64,000 nucleotides of DNA from Takakia lepidozioides (taxonomy: Eukaryota > Plantae > Bryophyta). The notes under the pieces are model-generated. The model made no database searches. It saw only the letters and a program-made list of their open reading frames with translations, and was not told the DNA's origin. Shown here in pieces: positions 12,813 through 25,594 of the stretch. The stretch covers positions 14,384,001-14,448,000 of the forward strand of contig CM060734.1 in NCBI GenBank assembly GCA_030704615.1, in the 5' to 3' direction. Position numbers and translations under genes: made by a program. How positions within the stretch are numbered: position 1 is the stretch's first letter; the number at the start of each line of letters is the position of its first letter.

Positions 12813-13840
12813 TAGGGGTCAACTCTGAGGTTAAGAAAACCATGCTTTGTCGCGTTATTAGACCTGCCTTGGAGTACGGATCTGCTATATGGGTTGATAA
12901 CTCCAACCAGGCTAAGTCTCTAGAATCCATTCAAGTGGGGGTGCTTAAGGAGTGTATGTCAGCATGCTCCAAAACAGCCAATGTGGCTGTTCGGGGTGAG
13001 TTTGGCATTCCGTCCTTAAGCTCCCGACGAGATGAACTCAAGGTCAGATGGTGGGGTCAGCTGCAACATATGCCCAACACCAGATATCCTAAGTTAATCG
13101 ACTCTATATCTTGGAAACAGGACCGCCCTGTCAAACAGGCTAAGTCCTGGCAGAAGAGAGTAGAAGAGATCCTCAAGGACCTGGACCCGCAAGTCTTGAC
13201 CCTGCTGGATAAATCTGACTTAGAGGCTGTAGTGTCCTCAGCCATGTCTGTTGCCATGAGATTGTCTGATGAAAATGAAGTTAGGCAGAAAACTTCCCTG
13301 AACTTGTTTCCAGTCTGTGACATGGGGGAGGACATCTTGGATGACCTCAAGGGTCTACCCACTCTCGGCACTAGACTGAAATTTAAACTCAGGGCAGGAA
13401 GCCTACCTTTGAACAGCAAACAGAAGCAGAGAGGAAAGGGAGAGTGCAATTGCCCGTTGTGTGGGCAATCTGAAGACAGTATTCACTTTCTGATACACTG
13501 TCCGGGGTTCTCTCACCAAAGAGACGCTCTCTTCAAATCTATTAAGGGAATTGTGCCTGTACCCCTGTCTACCAACTTTGAAAGTCTCGAGGCTGAGCCA
13601 AAAGCCCAGGCCCTCCTGAGGCCTAGTTTTTGGGCAAATCACACACAGCAGATTGATGCTTGTGTGAAGGGATTTCTAGAGGATATCTGGAAAACCCGGA
13701 TTAATTCTTTATATGGAGGTAAGTCTTACTACCAACGTCAGCCCCTGACAAAGGTAGGTTCTGTCCCTTTCGTTCCCGCTCAAACTGGGCGCGGGGTCAA
13801 TGGCCACAAGGCTACGGCAAACAACGTCTTATGAGTACAA
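12813..13840 (+). mobile_element. RTE-X-like LINE, 5'-truncated copy 1
   Basis: ORF 12842-13834: post-RT region plus CPLC..H....C zinc finger, ending ...ATANNVL*-GTACAA. Flanked by TCTCTAAAGACT at 12801-12812 and 13841-13852. Confidence 0.92.
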
Positions 13841-13852
13841 TCTCTAAAGACT

Positions 13853-15197
13853 TATGTTTGCGGATGACTTCGCAGGCATAGGGGAGACTCCAACCAATCT
13901 CCAGGAGTTGATTGATTGCGCGAAGAGATACTTGATCTTTGGGGGCTAGAGGCTAATGTCAGCAAATGTGCAGTGGTAGCATTCAATGACAGAGGAGAGG
14001 GAGGAAGTGATCTTAAGTGGCAGTGGGGTAGCCAAGAGATCCCGGTCCTCCCTTCCTACACTTACCTGGGCGTTGAGTTTTCCTCCAATTGTAATTGGGA
14101 TGCACATATCCGGAAAGTTGTTCAAACTGGCAAGGGCAAAGCTCTGGGGCTCACTAAATTTTTCCACTGCAGAGGGGTCAACTCTGAGGTTAAGAAAACC
14201 ATGCTTTGTCGCGTTATTAGACCTGCCTTGGAGTACGGATCTGCTTTATGGGTTGATAACTCCAACCAGGCTAAGTCTCTAGAATCCATTCAAGTGGGGG
14301 TGCTTAAGGAGTGTATGTCAGCATGCTCCAAAACAGCCAATGTGGCTGTTCGGGGTGAGTTTGGCATTCCGTCCTTAAGCTCCCGACGAGATGAATTCAA
14401 GGTCAGATGGTGGGGTCAGCTGCAACATATGCCCAACACCAGATATCCTAAGTTAATCGACTCTATATCTTGGAAACAGGACCGCCCTGTCAAACAGGCT
14501 AAGTCCTGGCAGAAGAGTAGAAGAGATTCTTAAGGACCTGGATCCGCAAGCCTTGACCCTGCTGGATAAATCTGACTTAGAGGCTGTAGTGTCCTCAGCC
14601 ATGTCTGTTGCCATGAGATTGTCTGATGAAAATGAAGTTAGGCAGAAAACTTCCCTGAACTTGTTTCCAGTCAGTGACATGGGGGAGGACATCTTGGATG
14701 ACCTCAAGGGTCTACCCACTCTCGGCACTAGACTAAAATTTAAACTCAGGGCAGGAAGCCTACCTATGAACAGCAAACAGAAGCAGAGAGGAAAGGGAGA
14801 GTGCAACTGCCCACTGTGTGGGCAATCTGAAGACAGTATTCACTTTCTGATACACTGTCCGGGGTTCTCTGACCAAAGAGACGCTCTCTTCAACTCTATC
14901 AAGGGGATTGTGCCTGTTCCCCTGTTTAACAATTTTGAAAGTCTCGAGGCTGAGCCAAAAGCCCAGGCCCTCCTGAGGCCTAGTTTTTGGGCAAATCACA
15001 CACAGCAGATTGATGCTTGTGTGAAGGGATTTCTAGAGGATATCTGGAAAACCCGGATTAATTCTATATATGATGGTAAGTCACACTACCAACGTCAGCC
15101 CCTGACAGAGGTAGGTTCTGTCCCTTTTGTTCCCGCTCAAACTGGGCGCGGGGTCAATGGCCACAAGGCTACGGCAAACATCGTCTTATGAGTACAA
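13853..15197 (+). mobile_element. RTE-X-like LINE, 5'-truncated copy 2 (starts at MFADD)
   Basis: RT motifs FADD and YTYLG, then the same C-terminus; followed by TCTCTAAAGACT at 15198-15209. Confidence 0.92.
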
Positions 15198-15209
15198 TCT
15201 CTAAAGACT

Positions 15210-15672
15210 GAAATTTAAACTCAGGGCAGGAAGCCTACCTATGAACAGCAAACAGAAGCAGAGAGGAAAGGGAGAGTGCAATTGCCCGTTGTGTGGGCAA
15301 TCTGAAGACAGTATTCATTTTCTGATACACTGTCCGGGGTTCTCTCACCAAAGAGACACTCTCTTCAAATCTATCAAGGGAATTGTGCCTGTACCCCTGT
15401 TTACCAACTTTGAAAGTCTCGAGGCTGAGCCAAAAGCCCAGGCCCTCCTGAGGCCTAGTTTTTGGGCAAATCACACACAGCAGATTGATGCTTGTGTGAA
15501 GGGATTTCTAGAGGATATCTGGAAAACCTGGATTAATTCTATATATGAAGGTAAGTCTTACTACCAACGTCAGCCCCTGACAGAGGTAGGTTCTGTCCCT
15601 TTTGTTCCCGCTCAAACTGGGCGCGGGGTCAATGGCCACAAGGGTACGGCAAACAACGTCTTATGAGTACAA
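15210..15672 (+). mobile_element. RTE-X-like LINE, 5'-truncated copy 3
   Basis: Zinc-finger region only; followed by TCTCTAAAGACT at 15673-15684. Confidence 0.92.
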
Positions 15673-15689
15673 TCTCTAAAGACTGCTGC

Positions 15690-16156
15690 AATTTGAAAAC
15701 CAACAAAGAATTGTGGGCTAGGCACTACCAGATTTGCAAAGATATCAATCAGCTTGTAAGGAGGCTGGAACAAATTATAATCAGTCAAAACGATTTTTCG
15801 GAAAGCCAGCCAATTGGGGAACCAACCAAGCTAAGGTTGGAATCAAAAGGAAAGAATCCCCTATGGCTGAGAGGGCTTTTCAAAAATCAGTATTGATGCC
15901 AGAACAAAAAGACAAAGCCAAGAGAGAAGGCTTGTGTTTTGGATGCCTAGGGCCACATCAGTGGAAAGAGTGTCCACAAAACAGCCATAAGAAAGTGGCA
16001 ATGATGCAAGTGAGTCAGGTTCCAGGAACCCAGGGGGTGAGACCTCAAAGAGTACTTAAAGGGGATCTGGTGCTAAGTCGAGGGAGGAGAACACAGTCAG
16101 GGAACAGAAGGACAAGTAGTCAGAGAGAGCGTGATGATCAGACGTGGTTACTCTGA
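15690..16156 (+). mobile_element. LTR-retrotransposon gag remnant with a zinc knuckle
   Basis: QKDKAKREGLCFGCLGPHQWKECP resembles the Ty3/Gypsy gag C-terminal CCHC knuckle. Confidence 0.6.
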
Positions 16157-16339
16157 GTCTTGAGAGAGCAAGGCAGTCTTAGCACCAAGAGGGATCCTGT
16201 ACTCTTTAGCAAGCAGGCAAGAGAGGTCTCTAAGGTTGGGAGGTTATCTTGCTCAGAGGTGGCTTAGTTGTTAAGTACTTTCCATAAAAGGTTTGATCGT
16301 TACATTTGGTCTCAGAAGAATACAGTGAAATAAACTCAA

Positions 16340-17740
16340 ACCACCATGGTGGTAATGACAAGAATTCCGGTTGGCCCTTCAACGTTTGTACAAGCCGAAA
16401 AACTGTCAGCAAGTACAAGCGCTGAGGACTACTAAGGGTGCAGTGGTGACTTCAACGGTTGACATTGTCAAAACCTTTGAAACCCACTACAGTATCCTTG
16501 GCAGAACTTCTAGGTCTAACAGTGAGGGGTCCTCTGAAGAATGGAAGGACACATACATTTAATCTTTGCGGGGTTTGTTTACTGTTCAAAGGTAGGCTTC
16601 CTGCCCTGAGTTTAGATTTCAGTCTATTGCCAAGGGCAGGTAGTTCCTTGAGATCATCTTTAGTCCTCGCCTATGTGACAGACTGGAAACAAGTTTAGGG
16701 AAGTTTATATTGCCCAACTTCAGGAGGAATCGGGACAAATGGGGGTGGCTACATTAGATGGATGTGTTGCAGGGGCTCCCATGTTCCTCTGACTTCTGTG
16801 TGTTTATGTCCTGCGGGCCTTAGGGTTTCTGGTATTAAGCATGCGACTCAGCTGATCCCACCATTTGCCCTTCAATTCATCACGTCCAGAGCTTAAGGGA
16901 GGTATGCTGAACTTGCCCCACACAGCCACATTAGCTGTTCCTATACAACATGCCGACATTCTTTCTTTGAGCACTGCGACCTGAATGGATTCTAGCAAGA
17001 TTTAGCATGGTTGGAGTTTTGAACCCACAGAACAGATGCATACTCGAAGACAGCCCTAATAATGGAAAGCATGGTCCTTTTAACTTCAGTATCAGCCCCT
17101 CTGTAGTAGAAGAATTTGGTGAGACCCTATAGCTTTGCGCTTAGCTGATTTTCAGATCACTATATGCACATCCCAGGTACAATTGGAGGAAAACTGAACG
17201 CTGCGATATGTGTAGGAAGTGAGTACAGGGATGTCTTCTTGACCCCATGACTTCCATTTGAGAGCCCCTCCGAGCCCCTCCGAGTTTACTGTTCAAAGGT
17301 AGGCCCTGAGTTTAGATTGTAGTCTATTGCCAAGGGCAGGTAGTTCCTGAGATCATCTTTAGTCCTCGCCTATGTGGCAGACTGGAAACAAGTTTAGGGA
17401 AGTTTCATATTGCCCAACTTAATCTTTATCGGGACAAATGGGGGGTGGCTACATTAGATGGATGTGTTGCAGGGGCTCCCATGTTGCTCTGACTTCTGTG
17501 TGTTTATTTCCTGGAGGCCTTAGGGTTTCTGGTATTAAGCATGCAACTCAGCCGATCCCACCATTTGCCCTTCAATTCATCACGTCCAGAGCTTAAGGGA
17601 GGTATGCTGAACTTGCCCCATGCTGTTCATGTACAACATGCCGACATTCTTTCTTTGAGCACTGCGACCTGAATGGATTCTAGCAATTGAGAGCCCCTCC
17701 GAGCCTTCTCCACGGCCGTTGAATGCCACCACTACGCATT
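16340..17740. mobile_element. Scrambled RTE-X-like fragments in both orientations, with an internal ~400-bp duplication
   Basis: A + strand piece (LQRLYKPK..FETHY), then - strand pieces homologous to 13.9-14.8 kb; ~16577-16995 is repeated at ~17286-17685. Confidence 0.75.
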
Positions 17741-18670
17741 TTCTTCTGAGATTGTGGAAGCAATTGAGCATTTCAACGGATATAAAGCTGGTGGACCTGA
17801 TGGCATAGTCAACGAGCTTATCAAGCACGGTGGCGATCCCATGATAGAGGCCCTAGTTCTTCTCTTTAACCTTATCTAGAGGACTGAAATGATCCCCTTT
17901 CACTGGCATCACGCTCCTCAATGCTGTTGGCAAGATATTTTGCAGAGTTATAAGTACTCGTCTTGAGGTTGATCTGGAATCTAGAGCTTGTTTCCACGAA
18001 GGCCAAGCTGGCTTTCGGCAAAACAGGGGCTGTGTGGATCATATCTTCACTCTAAGCCAGATTATCCAGGGAAGGAAAAAAAAAGGGAAACCCACTTTTG
18101 TTTTTTCTTGGATGTCAAAAAGGCTTATGACACAGTGTGGAGGGACGGTCTATGGCTCCGACTCTGGTCATGTGGGATCAAGGGAAAGATGTGGAGAGTT
18201 GTCCATAACTTGTATGCTCACACCAAAAGTTGTGTCACGGTTAATGGACAGAAGTCTAACTTCTTTGACATAGACCAAGGTGTAGCTCAAGGATGTACCC
18301 TCGCCCCTCTGCTCTTCAATGTTTTCATCAATCAACTCCTCGAGGATGTGGAAAGTGAGGGATTTGGGTTAAGGGTGGGTGATGCCACCATACCAGCCCT
18401 TATGTTTGCGGATGACTTCGCAGGCTTAGGGGAGACTCCTTCCAACCTCCAGGAGTTGATTGATTGCGCGAAGAGATACTTTGACCTTTGGGGGCTAGAG
18501 GCTAACGTCAGTAAATGTGCAGTGGTGGCATTCAACGACCGAGGAGAGGGAGGAAGTGATCTCAAGTGGCAGTGGGGTAGCCAAGAGATTCCGGTCCTCC
18601 CTTCCTACACATACCTGGGCATTGAGTTTTCCTCCAACTGTCATTGGGATGCACATATTCAGAAAGCTGT
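17740..18670 (+). mobile_element. RT core of the RTE-X-like LINE (frameshifted)
   Basis: GPDGIVNELIKHGG, QAGF, FLDVKKAYDTVWR, GVAQGCTLAPLLF, MFADD, YTYLG. Confidence 0.92.
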
Positions 18671-18784
18671 GGGTTTGAAATTCAGCCTAGTGTCCAGCTC
18701 GTGTTAGTCCTTCCTCATTTTCTGTGGAAGTTGTAAAGAATCTCCAAGTAGATTGTGTCGGGATTCAGCTCGGATGGAGAGAGA

Positions 18785-19703
18785 TTGTACTCATACGACA
18801 TTTGCCGTAGCCTTGTGGGATCGAGAGAGAGAGAGAGAGAGAATGTACTCATAAGACGTTGTTTGCCGTAGCCTTATGGCCATTGACCCCGCGCTCAGTT
18901 TGAGCGAAACACAAAGGGACAGAAACTACCTTTGTCAGGGGCTGACACCGGTAGTATGACTTACCTTGGAACAGACAATGGAGAATGTACTCATAAGACG
19001 TTGTTTGCCGTAGCCTTGTGCCATTGACCCCGCGCCCAGTTTGAGCAGAACAAACCTTTTTGGAGCAGTGTCCACCATATGTCAATGGTCACAGGCTCCG
19101 AGACAATTGAGAGGGAGAGAGAGAGAATGTACTCATAGGACGTTGTTTGCCGTAGCCTTGTGGCCATTGACCCCGCGCCCAGTTTGAGCGGAACACAAAG
19201 GGACAGAACCTACCTTTGTCAGGGGCTGACGTCGGTAGTAAGACTGACCTTGAAATAAAACATTGATCCGGGTTTTCCAGATGTCCTCTAGAAATCCCTT
19301 CACACAAGCATCAATCTGCTGTGTGGTTTGCCCAAAAACTAGGCCTCAGGAGGGCCTGGGCTTTTGGCTCAGCCTCGAGACATTCAAAGTTGGTAGACAG
19401 AGGTACAGGCACAATTCCCTTGACAGATTTGAGGAGAGCGTCCCTCTCGTGAGAGAACCCTGGACAGTGAATCAGAAAATGGATATTGTCTTCAGGTTGC
19501 CCACACAACGGGCAATTGCACTCTCCCTTTCCTCTCTGCTTCCGTTTGCTGTTCCAAGGTAGGCTTCCCCCTCTGAGTTTAAATTTCAGTCTAGTGCCGA
19601 GAGTGGGTAGACCCTTGAGGTCATCCATGATATCCTCCCCCATGTCACAGACTGGAAACAAGTTCAGGGAAGTTTTCTGCCCAACTTCATTTTCATCGGA
19701 CAA
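18785..19703 (-). mobile_element. Four stacked antisense 3' ends of the same LINE, each next to GA-rich or (GA)n sequence
   Basis: The 3'-terminal motif (+ strand gaga[a/t]tgtactcata) occurs at ~18783, ~18841, ~18982 and ~19124, each followed by a different length of element sequence. Confidence 0.9.
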
Positions 19704-22700
19704 CTTCACACACATCAACTTGGTCCATTGCTCAACACTGATAGGAACATACCTTAAGCCAGTCATACATGGTGAGGGCAGTTGTGGTGCACGACCAGTC
19801 CAGCACGCAGCGCAGCTCAAAAAGGAATGGCAGGGCCCAGTAAAGACGGAAACCCACCCAGCTGAGACGATTGACATGTCTGGCCAGGAACTGCCCATAC
19901 AGAGCACTCTTGTGAGGGAGGCCATGCTTGATCTGCGATGCTTGCAGTGCTAGCGACAGCCCCTTCATCATATAGAACACACGTAGCGGCAGCAGTTGGA
20001 AAAAGTAGACCTGAGTCTCAGGCTCTACAGTGGCCTCCATCCCCCAGACACACCGTGACGCATATACTGTGTAAAGACTAAGGCTGAGGAAGTAATTTAA
20101 CACTTTGCCCGTTGCACAAGAGAATAGATAGAGTACTCGGTCAACCACAATCAAAAAGAACAATGTCTGCATGCATGTGCACCCACAACAAACCAAATCC
20201 TCCTGCATCAGTAAAACCCAATACCACAGGCATCTAACATTGCCTTCCTCCTTCTATCCTGTATTCTTTTCTCATTACATTCCCTGTCCTGTTGAGAAGC
20301 TTCTGCTTGACATGTGCATATGGACAGACAAGTGCGTGAAGTATGTAGATAAGAACTTTGCAAAACTACTTAACATGAGCACATCCAAGAGACCAAAGCC
20401 AAGCAGAAGAGGATAAAAGTACTAACCATAAGCACATAGACAAAATCTTTGGGAAATTGGTCCTCCACTCTGGTGATATCGAGCAACTGAGGACTGCGCT
20501 TGACAAATGATTGATGGGCAAGCGCCACAAACAGGAATGTGATCAGATCAGTGCCAAAGATAAAAGCATACAGGTCAACTTCGCGCTTGCCCCCTGGTAT
20601 AATTGACAATATTGGGTAAGGGAACCCAGTTGCTTCCACCTGCCCTTCTTCTTTTGCTCTCTGCAGTTCAGCTGCAACGTCAGCTGCTGGAGTGAGGGAC
20701 AGTTGGTGGGCATCAGCTACATGTGCCTTGGAAGGAGCCGCATAAATTACCTCCAACACAGCAAGTGCTGCATGCATCTTACCAGGGCTGCTCTCTATGC
20801 TCTCTACTTGTACCCGACTGCACATGTCCGAGAGGAGCAACTCCCCATCTGCAGAGCTTGAGTGTCTCACAGCTGCAAGAACTCGATTGAATCCAGACTC
20901 GATTCGCTCTGGCTGAATGCCTGCTTCCGGCCACTTGCCAACATCCATTGACACTTGCACAAAGTGTGGGGGAGCTTCTGAGCCACTAGTAAGAGCCTGC
21001 CAATACCTGGATAGTCCTCTGATGAGGTTCTGGAACATGTCCTTAACCCATTTTACAAGTGTCCATAATCTTTCACATACAGTTAACCTATGAGATGCTC
21101 CAATCTGCCCCTCCGGATCCAACATTCGGCGACTGGACGCAAAAGAATTGCTTTCATCCACAAACATCCACTCACCATCTCGAGCTTTGATTGAGCTCTG
21201 CACTAAGGTAGCCAAATACACTAGGAAGAGAGGGAGGACGCTAATTACAAAGGAGTGGGACCTCAGGGTCCCTGGAATTCCAAATTTTCTCAACCATGGG
21301 GATGGTTCCATATTATCACAGTGTTTCGCACGAATTGATAACAATACTGGAGTAATATATTTAACTCTGTATATATAAGCATCGCCAGCCAAAAGTGCTG
21401 GCTGGGGCCTGGGTTCACAAGCAATGCATAAACAAACAAGGCAGAGGGGAACACCAGAGTGAGCACACTGAAGTTCCAGACATAGACAACAACAAAGAAG
21501 AAGTAGCAAACAACAGCCGTGTTTTGACTGATCTGACACCAGAAGTAGTAGCACAGCACGCACAACCGGCGCCATGTCTCATTCATTATCAACCGCTGCG
21601 AACTCCGTCCCCTTCCCGCCACCTTGGGTGGCAGGTTATGCCTAGGGGCTTCCTGAACTTGGCTTCCTCGCTTGTCAGTAGCCCTTCATCTTCCGTGGAA
21701 GAACTCTCTGTGCTCTCATCCTCTTGCTCCAAATCCAAAAGACCCACCAAATTGGCCAGGGCTCTGTTCCCCAGTGACTGCACCTGCACAACACCTTCTA
21801 GAAATGGCATGCTTGACAGCGGCCCCTGCTTCTGATATACTTTGCCACCATCTAGCTGCCCCCGCCTTTTCATCTCCAGACTAGGGGAGCTTGGCAGTGA
21901 AGGACTTGGTAGGCCCAAACCTGGCACCATGTTGTTCAGTGCAGCTGTGTCTGTCAGAGCTTTCCGCAGTCTGCCAGGGGTGAGGTGCTTTTGGCTTAAC
22001 AGGTCTCTCAGTAATGAGCGAATCATCACTACTTGCTACCATCCTTCTCGTGTGTGCATTTTTCCTCTTCCGCACCACACTGAATTCAACACCACTATCA
22101 TCTGACTCTACAGAGTAAGATTGGGCATGAGGTCTGGTGGCTGGCAAGTGGTTGTCAGCAGACAATCCCTGAATTTCCCCTGCCTCTGTCCCCCTCACTG
22201 GTTCGAAAAATGTAGGCTTGCAAGCCTACCAGACAAAAGATGGCGATGTCGACCAACGCAGACCGCTCTGTGATCCGAAAACCATAGTCAGACTTGTAAA
22301 GCCCCACGATGATGTATAAACTCAGCGGTCAAGTGCATGTCTCACTACTCACGTAACCAAAGCAGGGTGCTTGGTAGGTCAGTGATGTAACAATAAGGAT
22401 GAAGTTGTAGAGACGCAAGAAGCAAAAAATGGAGTTGCCACGCTTCATGATGGTGCTGCGCAAAATGAGAGCGAATGCAAGATAACCCAGATGTAACACA
22501 TCATACTGCAGTGTGCCTGTCACAAACAGCAGCAATAGAACCACATGAAGGAGATTGCGATAGAAGTAATAACGCAGATGGTCAAGCCACGTCCATTGAG
22601 CAGTTGTATCATACAAAATCTCTTTCCAGGCTAGCCTGTCACTGGCTGGGATGATGGGTGCATGAAATGAGCGTGTGTCTAAACCTCCTGCTGACAAGTT

Positions 22701-25594
22701 GGCACGTAACTGGAAACCAGCAACGATAAAAACCATAAAATGGGCCACCAGTGCTTGCTGGTTATCAACCACCATACCTGCAGCCACCCCAATCAAATGG
22801 GAAACAGCACGCATATCAAATACCACTCTGGGGTTGAAGTCATATTTTTGCTTCTGGAAGAGCAAGAGAGAGCCCTACCCAAAGATATTGTCTGCATCCG
22901 AGAATGTCGTTCCAGAAAATGGAAAACACCACATCCTTGTGCCTACAGAAATAGATCAAGGGATGCACTGTTCTAATACAAGCCAGTGATTGACTAATGA
23001 GTTATTGAGCAGCTGGAAAAGGGAATGAACAAAAGCATTACTACTCTTCCACAGCGGTACTGTGAATACTCAAGCCAGGTCATAAGCATACTAGACCAAC
23101 TCAGTGATGTGGAGATTGCTAATATCAGAAAAGGACTTTGATGGTGAACATACCAAGCCAACATTTCCAGCAACGCGCAATCTGGCCACTGTAATTCTTC
23201 CAACAGTCATGACAGCGACCTTGCACTCCATCTACAACCAATGGATCGCGAACATTCCAGGCTGGAGGTGCATTTGCAAGCACAGCATACTCTGTCACCA
23301 GCAAACATGCGACCAGCACCACAAAGAAGGGCCACAGCATCCGTAATGTGCGCCGGCTGAGGATGATGCAGAGGGCCAGCACCAGAATATAGAGCAGGGA
23401 CACCACATTGAGCAGTGCAAAGCTACTAACCAGCAGTGCCAGCATGCTCAATTCCAGGCCATAAAGCTGACAGAGATGCTCCACTGTGTACTTCAACAGT
23501 GTTCTGAATGTACGTATCTGTGCCTCGTACCTTTCCTGCTTCAACATCAGCATGCCTCTCTTAGTAGACCGATGGAACTCAACTCCACTTCCCCAAGGCG
23601 AGCCCAGACTATGATGCCCATTGATATCATTCTGGTTGTTGCTTGGCCCTATCCTGCTACTGTGGATTGATGAGGTACAAGACTCAGAGACAGATATCAA
23701 GTCCGCCTGTGGTCTCTGGCTTTGACCCACAATTTGACTGTCAGATATGTATGTGCTCGACTCAGAAGGCGGCTGGTGCGCAATATGGTACAGTGACATA
23801 CTCCTTTGATTTTACAGCTTCCATCCTAGGTTCCTCCACCAAAGGGGCAGTCTCAACTGGGATTTGCAGGGTGCTGCGGCTTCGTCGAGGGTAAGGAAGG
23901 AACAACAGACAGGGATCTTCATACTGTTCATCCACACGCAGGGATGCAGGTAAGAGCTCCAGCCAACCCAACGTTGTGCATTGCAATATGCATACTACCA
24001 ACACCATTGCTTTGCTTCTGAATCCCAGCTCTGTCCCCCAGAAACCCTTCCCATACAAATGAAGACCTAGCCAACAGGCAAACTCCCCATGCACTTGCCT
24101 GCCAGCATCTCTGCTTGCTGCCCCCACATCTGAAATAGGTACTCACCCACCACAATCAAGCTGTGTAAAGCACGTAAGATTGACCAGGGAGGCGAGACGT
24201 CTTGGACATGTTACTAGTAATGACAAGCATTATGATATATAGGAATCCAATTGCACTGACCGGGGTGATCGCTGCATAATGCAAAATCAGAAAACGCTTG
24301 ATGAATCCCACATAACCCAGGTTTGAGTTGATGTGATCACCGGCCTGATCAAAGTCCTCCACAACAAACTCTTTCTGTGCACGTTCAAATCTAAAGAGTT
24401 GCATGACTATCAGGATTGCCAAGCAGTCCCACAAGTGTTGAAACAGTGACGCCTCTGGATCAAAGCCCAAGTCCGGATAAAGAGGAATCCAAGCATCCAC
24501 CGAAGATTGGAGGTAAGGAAATGCACTTAATATGTAGCGCACTATGATTACTACCCCTGCAAACATCATCAAAGGAAGCCATAGCCACCTCTCACTTCTT
24601 CCTAGCACTTGTCGCCCAACTATCCACAACAGCAACAGGCAAAGATACCCAAACGACACATAATTCGGCTCCACACCATATATGACCAGTAGCACTGTTA
24701 AATAAGCAATGTAGGTGCCAAACATCCGGTAGGTGAAGCGAATTCGTCCCGCAATAGCTGCAAGTTGCTTAGTGATCCAATTAGCTGCAAACATGACATA
24801 AAACTGGCACATCAATCAATACATCTGCTATACACAAGATAAAGAGGGAGGTAGGACCTACCCTCCTCATAAGAGAGAAAAATGCGACAAAAAAACATAT
24901 CTGCAATTACTGCTGATGGTTCCTACATAATTCGGGTAGTGACAATGACGACTCGTACCAGGAGGGTTGCCTTCTTGCTGCAGATGATCAAAGTTTCGGG
25001 ATGCATATACAGACAAGAGGAATGAGCGGCCGTTGCCACTCTTCAGCATGCCCCATCCTAAAGGCGTTTCGAACCTCCGTCGGCACCTAGCACGACAATG
25101 GTCTCATCAACCTGTCCAGGAACATCCTTCCATTCTTCTTCCAAATAAACTGTGCCCGGTTTGAGCTTGAATTTGGAACATAGGTAAGTCTGAGTCACTC
25201 TGCAAAGTCCTCCCTCGTTTGGGATCCAGGCTCTCCCAAGTTGCGGAGGACAACAAACTATAGCGTAGAAATTGGGAGCCATCGAAAACCGCACGAAGTT
25301 GGCAAGTGCGAGGTTCCCTATAGCGACAGACCAAGGCTTAGTGGCACCACGTAATTGGAACTGCGGAGGCCATCGACGATTGGAAGTCGCACATTGAAGT
25401 CGAGCTTGAAACAAGATACATGCATGAAGGTGGGAGCTCCGATTCCATATCCAGTATGTATGACAATGATGGCCAATTCGGCGAACCAATAACATCTCCT
25501 GACAGTTTTTCCTAAGGGTGGATCCTGCCATATTCTCGATGCAGACATGAACGTTCGCACTGACAAGTGCCAGGAATGTTCGTTAAAACGGTTA

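Larger units (their letters stand above)
8681..24784 (-). pseudogene. PIEZO: PIEZO mechanosensitive channel homolog, 5'-truncated, with frameshifts, a stop and internal deletions
   Basis: GT-AG exons ~24784-23154, 22777-20427, 20166-19753, 12709-12551, 12313-11759, 9812-9668 and 8816-8681. Plant PIEZO motifs: PNYVSFGY, GTLQYDVLHLGYLAF, GSEAPPHFVQVSM, SIIPGGKREVDLY, PFLFELRCVLDWSCTTTALTMYDWLK|LEDIY, IWAPML|IYSSGNPT, SIWGLYITFVLAVGRFIRL, RIPYENFPTCDR|LVAICEDIYAARAEGELELEE...IYRAPHILMEYTKLE*. Lesions: TGA at ~22329, frameshifts near 24150, 21600 and 21340, and a deletion after LQAYIFRT. Confidence 0.93.

Noticed and set aside
25060-25102. KGVSNLRRHL on + resembling a BED-finger end
   Set aside because: No in-frame upstream CxxC and no transposase sequence follows.
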